DNA from: Proteiniphilum sp. UBA5384
GTDB taxonomy: Bacteria > Bacteroidota > Bacteroidia > Bacteroidales > Dysgonomonadaceae
Direction: 5' to 3'
Assembly (NCBI RefSeq): GCF_002410825.1
Contig: NZ_DHOS01000034.1
Location: 90,088-154,087, forward strand
Length of the DNA: 64,000 nt
Part shown: positions 57,374-64,000 of the stretch, in pieces
How the letters are laid out: every line of letters begins with the position of its first letter
Position numbering within the stretch: the first letter of the stretch is position 1
Made by a program: the position numbers and the translations under genes
The notes under the pieces: generated by a model
Seen by the model: the letters and a program-made list of their open reading frames with translations, nothing else
The model's database searches: none
What the model was told of the DNA's origin: nothing

Positions 57374-57958
57374 ATGGAAAACGGAAACAAGGAGGTGGTG
57401 GTCTATTGTGCCTCCAGCGGGAAGATCGATCAGCTCTATTTTGATGCTGCATCGAAATTGGGTGAACTGCTTGCCAAAGAAGGTATCACCTGTGTCAATG
57501 GTGCCGGAAGCGAAGGACTGATGGGTGCATTGAATGATGCGGTACTGGAAAATGGAGGAAAAGTGAAAGGTATTATTCCACAGTTTATGGTGGATGCCGG
57601 TTGGGGACACAAACGTCTTACCGAGATGATTGTCACGGCAACTATTCATGAAAGGAAGGCTGCTATGGCGAAATCAGCCGATGCGGTGATTGCCCTGCCC
57701 GGGGGAATAGGAACGCTGGAGGAATTGGCGGAGATCATCACTTGGAGACAGTTGGGTTTGTATCATAATCCGGTCATTATATTGAATATCAACGATTATT
57801 ATCAACCACTTCTCACTTTTTTAGAGAAGATGATCGATGAGAAATTTATGAAGGATGTCTATCGGGAATTATGGCAAGTGGCAATAACTCCGCAAGAAGC
57901 TGTCGACTTGGTTCATAGTGCTCCCGATTGGAATCCCGGTTACACCAAATACGATTAA
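57374..57958 (+). CDS. LOG family (TIGR00730) nucleotide phosphoribohydrolase
   Basis: HERK and PGGIGTLEE motifs. Confidence 0.92.
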   Translation: MENGNKEVVVYCASSGKIDQLYFDAASKLGELLAKEGITCVNGAGSEGLMGALNDAVLENGGKVKGIIPQFMVDAGWGHKRLTEMIVTATIHERKAAMAKSADAVIALPGGIGTLEELAEIITWRQLGLYHNPVIILNINDYYQPLLTFLEKMIDEKFMKDVYRELWQVAITPQEAVDLVHSAPDWNPGYTKYD

Positions 57959-57983
57959 TGGTTCAATCATACTGGGAAAGGGT

Positions 57984-58871
57984 ATGGTACTGGGTTTAGA
58001 TACTACTCAAGATCTTATCCCTTACTACTTGAAGGTAGAAGTGGAACAGGCGAACCCCGATTCATTGCAGATGAATTTCGGGCATTACGACTTTTTAGCG
58101 ACCGATAGTGGCCGCCTTTTTTTCGATTTTGAAAAGTCGATTCTACCAGTACACTCCCTCTCTACGGGGAGTGTAGGAACTGCAATGCCTTTTTCCATTT
58201 GGATAGATTCTATTTTTTTCTTGCTATTCCTCTTGAGTTTTGTGTTCCTTGCGTTTGTTTTTAAATGGGAAGGTGCAGCTTTGAAAGGAAATTTGAAAAA
58301 TGTAATATCTCCGGGTAAGAATGCTTTCTCCACACATAAGAGTCAGGTGACCAAAACGGAGGTCTGGGGCGAATTTTATCTCCTCTTTCAGTCAGTACTG
58401 ATATTTTCCATTTTCATTTTCTCATCGTTATGGAGTAATGGGCTTTCCTCATATTCTCATGGAATGCAGTTAATAGCGTTTATGGGAACCCTGATGGGGT
58501 TAGGGCTGTGGGTGTTTATGAAAGTACTGGGCTATAGGCTCATCGGTGCATTTTTTCTGAAAAATGAAATGAAAGGATGGACTATCTATTATTCGCGTAT
58601 GATGGAGATTTTGGGAATCGTCTTTTTCTTACCGGTCGTTTTTTATGTTTTTTTACATGAAGTTAGGAATATTATATTTGTGGGCCTGTTGGTACTTTTT
58701 TTTATTAGTCGCTTGGTTATTTACATTGAGTTATTAAATATTTTTGTTAAAAATAAGATCGGGCCTTTCTATTTTTTTGTCTATCTTTGCGGGACTGAAA
58801 TTGCGCCTTATTTGCTATTGTATAAGGGGCTACTTTCAGCCATAATTATTGCAGGAGATAACATTATATGA
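57984..58871 (+). CDS. DUF4271 family membrane protein
   Basis: Multiple TM helices ending YFFVYLCGTEIAPY. Confidence 0.8.
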   Translation: MVLGLDTTQDLIPYYLKVEVEQANPDSLQMNFGHYDFLATDSGRLFFDFEKSILPVHSLSTGSVGTAMPFSIWIDSIFFLLFLLSFVFLAFVFKWEGAALKGNLKNVISPGKNAFSTHKSQVTKTEVWGEFYLLFQSVLIFSIFIFSSLWSNGLSSYSHGMQLIAFMGTLMGLGLWVFMKVLGYRLIGAFFLKNEMKGWTIYYSRMMEILGIVFFLPVVFYVFLHEVRNIIFVGLLVLFFISRLVIYIELLNIFVKNKIGPFYFFVYLCGTEIAPYLLLYKGLLSAIIIAGDNII

Positions 58872-59632
58872 ATACGCGCAAAGTAAAGAAGATTCTCATA
58901 TCCCAACCTAAACCGAGTAGCGAAAAATCGCCTTATTACGAGATTGCGGAGAAATTTCATGTAGACATGGATTTCTATCCTCTAATAAAGGTAGAAAGAG
59001 TATCTCTCAAGGAATTTCGTCAACAGCGGATCAATATACTCGATTTTACGGCAATCATTTTTACGGCAAGAACAGCAGTGGATAAATTTTTCTCGATTTG
59101 TGAGGAAATGAAGATCGTCATTCCCGAGACAATGAAATATTTCTGTATCTCTGAAACGGTTGCCCTCTATCTCCAAAAATATATCGTCTATAGGAAAAGA
59201 AAGATTTTTTTTAGTCAGACAGGTAAAATTGATGGACTGAATAATGCTTTTACGAAACATTCCAAGGAAAAATTCCTTTTCCCGGTTCCTGAAGAGCATA
59301 ATGACGAGGTGACCCATTTTCTCGAAGAAAAGAAAATAAACTATACCAAGAGTGTAATGTATCGGACTGTAAGCAATGATTTCGTTGAAGATAAGAAGTT
59401 CGATTACGATATGATTATCTTCTTCAGCCCATTGGGCGTGCAATCGTTATTGAAAAATTTTCCTGATTTCAGTCAGGGAGATATAGCTACAGGATGTTTT
59501 GGCAACGCTACGGCGAAAGCGATAACGGACGCGGGGCTGAGACTCGATTGTGAAGCGCCTCAACCTGACTATCCTTCCATGACTGCCGCATTGGAAGCTT
59601 TCCTGAAAGAAAACCACAAACATTGGGCCTGA
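58868..59632 (+). CDS. hemD: Uroporphyrinogen-III synthase family protein
   Basis: ILISQPKP, IIFTARTAVD, FFSPLGV. Confidence 0.85.
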   Translation: MNTRKVKKILISQPKPSSEKSPYYEIAEKFHVDMDFYPLIKVERVSLKEFRQQRINILDFTAIIFTARTAVDKFFSICEEMKIVIPETMKYFCISETVALYLQKYIVYRKRKIFFSQTGKIDGLNNAFTKHSKEKFLFPVPEEHNDEVTHFLEEKKINYTKSVMYRTVSNDFVEDKKFDYDMIIFFSPLGVQSLLKNFPDFSQGDIATGCFGNATAKAITDAGLRLDCEAPQPDYPSMTAALEAFLKENHKHWA

Positions 59633-59711
59633 TTTTTTCCGAATCTGTTACGATTGATTCTAAAAACAATTATCTTTGTCAACGTAATTGCTTTCGGAGG
59701 ATTGCATTTTT

Positions 59712-60116
59712 ATGACAGAACAGCGTTTCAGATTTACAAAAGAAGAACGGGTAACAGGTGAAAAAAGAGTGGAGACCCTCTTTGCACTGGGCTACTCCTT
59801 TATGTCATATCCTTTTCGGATAGTATATCTGAAAACCGCGCCCTATGGGGTATTGCCGCTGTCTATACTTATTTCTGTTCCCAAAAAGAGGTTGAAGTCT
59901 GCTGTAGACCGTAATCGGATGAAGCGGCTGACCCGGGAAGCTTACCGGCTGAACAAACACTTTCTTTTCAACCGGGAGTTGGCCGAAAACAGGCATTTGG
60001 ACGTGGCATTTATTTATGTGGCAGACAAGTTGTGTGATTATGCTGCTGTGGAGAAAGGGATGCGGAAAGCCCTAAAAGAGTTGGATCACCGGATTGAAGA
60101 AAGAAAATTGTGTTGA
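59712..60116 (+). CDS. rnpA: Ribonuclease P protein component
   Basis: [26 protein letters not shown] (RNR motif). Confidence 0.95.
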   Translation: MTEQRFRFTKEERVTGEKRVETLFALGYSFMSYPFRIVYLKTAPYGVLPLSILISVPKKRLKSAVDRNRMKRLTREAYRLNKHFLFNRELAENRHLDVAFIYVADKLCDYAAVEKGMRKALKELDHRIEERKLC

Positions 60117-60385
60117 GAATAATGAAGATCATATTAACATGGGTCTTGCTCCTGCCGGTCTATTTCTACCGGGTTGTCATTTCTCCGCTTACGCCGCCTA
60201 GTTGCCGATATACGCCCACTTGTTCACAATATACAATTGAAGCACTCAAAAAACATGGGCCTTTCAAAGGTTTTTATTTGTCTGCCAAGCGCATCTTAAG
60301 TTGCAATCCCTGGGGAGGGTCGGGTTATGATCCCGTACCTGATCCTAAGTCAAGAAAAAGAAAACAGAAAGCACAGGTCAATTAA
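60110..60385 (+). CDS. yidD: Membrane protein insertion efficiency factor
   Basis: [27 protein letters not shown]. Confidence 0.95.
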   Translation: MLRIMKIILTWVLLLPVYFYRVVISPLTPPSCRYTPTCSQYTIEALKKHGPFKGFYLSAKRILSCNPWGGSGYDPVPDPKSRKRKQKAQVN

Positions 60386-60388
60386 AAT

Positions 60389-61090
60389 ATGGAATTTTAC
60401 GACGTACATACCCATCAGATTTTTCTTGAGGATAGCGATGACCCTTATCACTCGTGTATCTTCGATGTTTACCCCCTTGAATTTGAAGTAGCAAAAGAAT
60501 CCTATTCCCGACACGCCTTTTCGTGTGGAATCCACCCATGGTATTCGGAAGAGAGCGATACCCAATTGGCGTACTTGTCTGAAATTGCATCCAACCCCCG
60601 TATTATTGCTATAGGGGAAACCGGGATAGATAGGTTGAAAGGCCCTTCATTTGACCTTCAGATACCTGTATTTAAGAAACATATAGAGATATCCGAAAAA
60701 TTGTCGAAACCGGTAGTTGTTCACTGTGTGAAGGCATGGGAAGAATTGATACGGATTAAAAGAGAGGTAAGACCGACCCAGCCTTGGATCATTCACGGAT
60801 ACCGGAGTAAACCGGAATTGACGGAGCGACTTGTCAGAGAAGGATTTCTTTTTTCCGTAGGAGACAATATCAATGTGGATTCCATGCAGTTAATACCACT
60901 TGATTCTCTCTTTTGTGAAACTGATGAAAGTGATATGCCTATCCGTCAGATATATCTCCAGACCGCACTTGCCCTAAATATGAATATAGAAGAATTTGCC
61001 GAAAGAATTGCCGAAAATGTGAGAAGGATATTTCCTTTATTACAGGCGCCCAAACCATATTATCCCGATGAAGAAGAGGTAGAGGATTGA
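60389..61090 (+). CDS. tatD: TatD family hydrolase
   Basis: DVHTH, GIHPW, GETGID, VHCVKA, IHGY, ETD. Confidence 0.92.
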   Translation: MEFYDVHTHQIFLEDSDDPYHSCIFDVYPLEFEVAKESYSRHAFSCGIHPWYSEESDTQLAYLSEIASNPRIIAIGETGIDRLKGPSFDLQIPVFKKHIEISEKLSKPVVVHCVKAWEELIRIKREVRPTQPWIIHGYRSKPELTERLVREGFLFSVGDNINVDSMQLIPLDSLFCETDESDMPIRQIYLQTALALNMNIEEFAERIAENVRRIFPLLQAPKPYYPDEEEVED

Positions 61091-61166
61091 TATTTTTACA
61101 TAGCGCTCGTATCCGCGATATAAATAATATTTTTCAGTTTATCTATTTTTTGTTTCTAAAATGTCC

Positions 61167-61194
61167 TATATTTGTAACCCCCAATCCTAGGGGG
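61167..61194 (+). promoter_or_regulatory. -7 box plus a short CCCCC/GGGGG hairpin before the ECF sigma gene
   Basis: TATATTTG at 61167-74 followed by CCCCC-AATCCTA-GGGGG. Confidence 0.5.
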
Positions 61195-61208
61195 AAATAG
61201 ATAATACA

Positions 61209-61814
61209 TTGGATGTGACGCCCGAAAAAATATCATACGTTTTCATAAAGTTTAAAGAAGGAGATGAAGAGGCATTTTCTTTCTTTTACAAATATTTTAT
61301 CAACGATATGTATGCTTATGGCAGAAGCTTGGGGGCGGATGAAAAACAGGTAATGGATGCAGTGCAAGACGTTTTTCTAAAAGTATTTTTTGACAGACCC
61401 CATCTTTCATCCGTAGAGCATTTCAAATATTTTCTGTTTAAATCATTGAAGAATAGGTTGTATGATCTTTTTAAATCAAAGTCGTTTTCGAAAACCGAGA
61501 ATATTGATGAAGAAGTCTTAAGTTTCACTATCAGGGTCACTATATTGGATGAAATTATCGAAGAGGAAGACCGCATAGTAGTTAAACAAAAAATTGAGAA
61601 ACTATTATCCGTACTCTCCCCATTGCAAAAAGAAGCCCTTTATCTGCGTTATATCCAGGAACTTGATTATGCGGAAATTTCGGAAATAATGGATAAGTCA
61701 GAAGTCTCTATCCGTAAACTTGTCTCGGAAGCTATCCGTAAAATCAGGAAAGAAAATAAAATATTGCCTATGCTTGTCTTTATCTGGTTTTTGTATGATG
61801 GTTTTCATTTGTAA
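61209..61814 (+). CDS. ECF RNA polymerase sigma-70 factor (TTG start)
   Basis: DAVQDVFLK region 2; LSPLQKEALYLRY...YAEISEIM region 4. Confidence 0.92.
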   Translation: MDVTPEKISYVFIKFKEGDEEAFSFFYKYFINDMYAYGRSLGADEKQVMDAVQDVFLKVFFDRPHLSSVEHFKYFLFKSLKNRLYDLFKSKSFSKTENIDEEVLSFTIRVTILDEIIEEEDRIVVKQKIEKLLSVLSPLQKEALYLRYIQELDYAEISEIMDKSEVSIRKLVSEAIRKIRKENKILPMLVFIWFLYDGFHL

Positions 61815-61902
61815 CTTTTATTAACTAATTTTATCCGGAAAAACACTCACAAAAAAACAACTTGCTCGTATCTCTCAAAATAATCGACAGGCTAAATTAT
61901 AG

Positions 61903-63078
61903 ATGAAGGGGAGCAAATATCAAGGGTACAAGGCAATTGACTTTCTCAAGGATGATGATTTCTTGAAATGGAATCTTTTTCGATCGGAGGAAGACAATGC
62001 TTACTGGGCAAAAGTCATGATAGATTGCCCCGAGTTGAAGCCACTGATAGATAGTGCTATAGAGTTATATGACACCCAGATACGACTGAATGATTACTCT
62101 CTCTCTCCGGAACAGGTAAGGATATATCATGATGATTTTCAGTATTATATAGCACAGCGTAGAAAACGGAAAACCCTCACTTACTGGCTTTCCGGAGCAG
62201 CCTCTGTTTTGCTTCTGTTGGCTGTCAATCAAGTTTTCAAACCTTTTGTCAGGCAGGATTCGGGATTGTGGGATTTTGTAAATACAAATTTGTTACCGGT
62301 AGATTCTGCTTCCAAAGATATTCAATTGTATGTTTCCGGCGATCAGTTAGTTACTATTGAAGAAAAGGAGGCAGATATCACATATAATACCGACAGCATT
62401 CAGGTGACGGGTAAATCACTTGCTGAAGTTAATACCACTGACTATAGCCGGCTTATTGTTCCGAAGGGAAAAAGGTCGAAGCTCACTTTATCCGACGGTA
62501 CAACCTTGCATGTAAATTCCGGCACAAAAGTGGTTTATCCCAACCGTTTCATGGGGGATAAGCGGGAAATTTACGTGAATGGTGAAGTGTTTTTGGATGT
62601 CACTCCTAATCAGAAACAGCCTTTTATCGTCAGGACCGATGAAATCACAGTGCGTGTGATGGGGACTAAATTCAATGTACTGGCCTATGAAGAAGATGCG
62701 GGCACGCAAGTGGTACTTGCTTCCGGAGCAGTCAGGATAACATCCAATGAGCATTCCGAAAAAATCGATCTGACACCCTCACAATTGTACGATTATAAAG
62801 CCGGACAAGCGTCCGTAACGCAGGTAGATGTAGAAAAATATATATCATGGATACAAGGCATCCTCTATGTGGAAGATGAACGCCTCGATATTTTGATGAC
62901 CAGGCTTTCTCGCTATTATGGAGAAGATATTATATTTGATGAAGGCCTGATAAACCAGAAATGTACCGGAAAAGTGGACTTGAAAAATGATCTTGGAGAA
63001 GTACTGAACGGGCTAACTTTCTCTTTCCCGATTATTGTGAAACAGGAAAACGGAGGATACAGAGTAAGCACGAAATAA
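61903..63078 (+). CDS. fecR: FecR family anti-sigma factor
   Basis: TM helix, LSDGTTLHVNSGT, GEVFLDV, VRVMGTKFNV. Confidence 0.93.
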   Translation: MKGSKYQGYKAIDFLKDDDFLKWNLFRSEEDNAYWAKVMIDCPELKPLIDSAIELYDTQIRLNDYSLSPEQVRIYHDDFQYYIAQRRKRKTLTYWLSGAASVLLLLAVNQVFKPFVRQDSGLWDFVNTNLLPVDSASKDIQLYVSGDQLVTIEEKEADITYNTDSIQVTGKSLAEVNTTDYSRLIVPKGKRSKLTLSDGTTLHVNSGTKVVYPNRFMGDKREIYVNGEVFLDVTPNQKQPFIVRTDEITVRVMGTKFNVLAYEEDAGTQVVLASGAVRITSNEHSEKIDLTPSQLYDYKAGQASVTQVDVEKYISWIQGILYVEDERLDILMTRLSRYYGEDIIFDEGLINQKCTGKVDLKNDLGEVLNGLTFSFPIIVKQENGGYRVSTK

Positions 63079-63330
63079 AAAAGTGATTGAAGAATAAAAC
63101 TGGGAACCGTCTGTTTAGAGTCAGAAATTGTGAAATTAGAGTTCGATGTTCAAGGCGTAGACTGCTTTTAAATTGAACTTGGTTGAGTACTGCAAAATGT
63201 AGAGGGAGAGTATAAAATATATAAGTAAAGATAAAACGGATGAATTGCTTTTGGATTGTGAATTAACAACATGAACATAATAAAATAAAGCCAAATGGAA
63301 GAAAATAGAAGATGAAATGAAACTAAAAAA

Positions 63331-63362
63331 GATCGGACAACGTCGCCAAACACCATCCGATC
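63331..63362 (+). other. Stem-loop in the fecR-susC leader
   Basis: GATCGGA...TCCGATC 7-bp stem around GTCGCCAAAC, preceded by an A run. Confidence 0.55.
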
Positions 63363-63416
63363 CCGTGATTAAAAGTAGACATTTATAATATATCACCTTT
63401 AAATCAAGACAAATAT

Positions 63417-63989
63417 ATGACAAAAAATATTAGCATTCACCTAAAAAACGCTAATACTCAAAAAACTTTCAAAATCATGAAGCTTATCGCACTATTCCTC
63501 ACTATAGGAATAAGCATCAGTTATGCCGGTAACAGTTATTCTCAGGCTACTACCTTAAGTCTGAACTTAAAGAATAAAACTGTACGTGAAGTTTTTAGAG
63601 AGATAGAGAAAAACAGTGAATATATTTTCCTCTATAATCGTGAAACCCTCGATCCCGAGCGGAGAGTGTCGATTAATGTAGAAAAAGAGACCATAAGCAA
63701 TGTGTTGGATAAATTGTTCGAAGAAACTGATAATATCTATAATGTATCCGACCGGCAAGTCTACATTTCTAGAGTAGAGAAATTAAAACAAGCTGAGATC
63801 GCTGAACCTAAACAACAAAAGAAAACTATTCAGGGTATTGTTGTGGATCAGGAGGGTGAATCGATAATCGGAGCAAATATCATTGAGATCGGTACTACCA
63901 ACGGTACCGTAACGGATATTGATGGGAGGTTTACATTACAGGTAGAAAACAATGCTATCATAAAAATATCCTATATTGGGTATCACTAG
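63417..63989 (+). pseudogene. susC: N-terminus of a SusC/RagA TonB-dependent transducer (STN plus CarboxypepD_reg-like domains) ending at a premature TAG
   Basis: LSLNLKNKTVREVF STN domain; IQGIVVDQEGESIIGANI...NGTVTDIDGRF...SYIGY, then CAC TAG. Confidence 0.7.
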
Positions 63990-64000
63990 TGTCCCATAAA

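Noticed and set aside
5108-63758. Numerous 60-220 aa ORFs in the track overlapping annotated genes (e.g. 5330-5995, 8995-9507, 21228-21758, 30978-31502)
   Set aside because: Antisense or alternative-frame shadows of well-supported genes, with no motifs or independent start signals.
1-64000. CRISPR arrays, tRNA/rRNA genes, intact transposases, integrases or phage genes
   Set aside because: No regularly spaced repeats, cloverleaf or rRNA signatures, or DDE/tyrosine-recombinase motifs were seen by eye; a tRNAscan/Infernal run would confirm.

Overview
Mostly core-genome DNA of a Bacteroidales bacterium. This is inferred from recurrent TAnnTTTG promoter boxes, gene content and an ECF-sigma/FecR/SusC locus; a Dysgonomonadaceae-like origin is only an impression. 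Contents: dnaB 3' end; cell-envelope enzymes; ArsR-DUF6132-thioredoxin; lptB-ruvX-def; an RDD/SpoIIM/DUF4129/DUF4350/MoxR/DUF58 module; zwf-pgl; rpsF-rpsR-rplI; pta-(degenerate hbd)-ackA; an 8-gene arginine biosynthesis operon of the N-succinylornithine transcarbamylase type; a KamA-like radical SAM gene; parAB-mltD; a T9SS protease; frameshifted prfB; metK-LOG-hemD-rnpA-yidD-tatD; and ECF sigma-fecR-susC, the last stopped by a TAG 11 nt before the window end. Elements the ORF track misses: (1) a 21-codon Arg-Arg leader ORF plus hairpins ahead of the arg operon, the best candidate for an undescribed attenuation system; (2) a SAM-II riboswitch before metK; (3) a His-to-Tyr pseudo-dehydrogenase between pta and ackA; (4) decayed VapBC and HepT toxin remnants; (5) truncated C10 protease, TPR and PEGA genes. 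No rRNA, tRNA, CRISPR array or intact transposase was seen.
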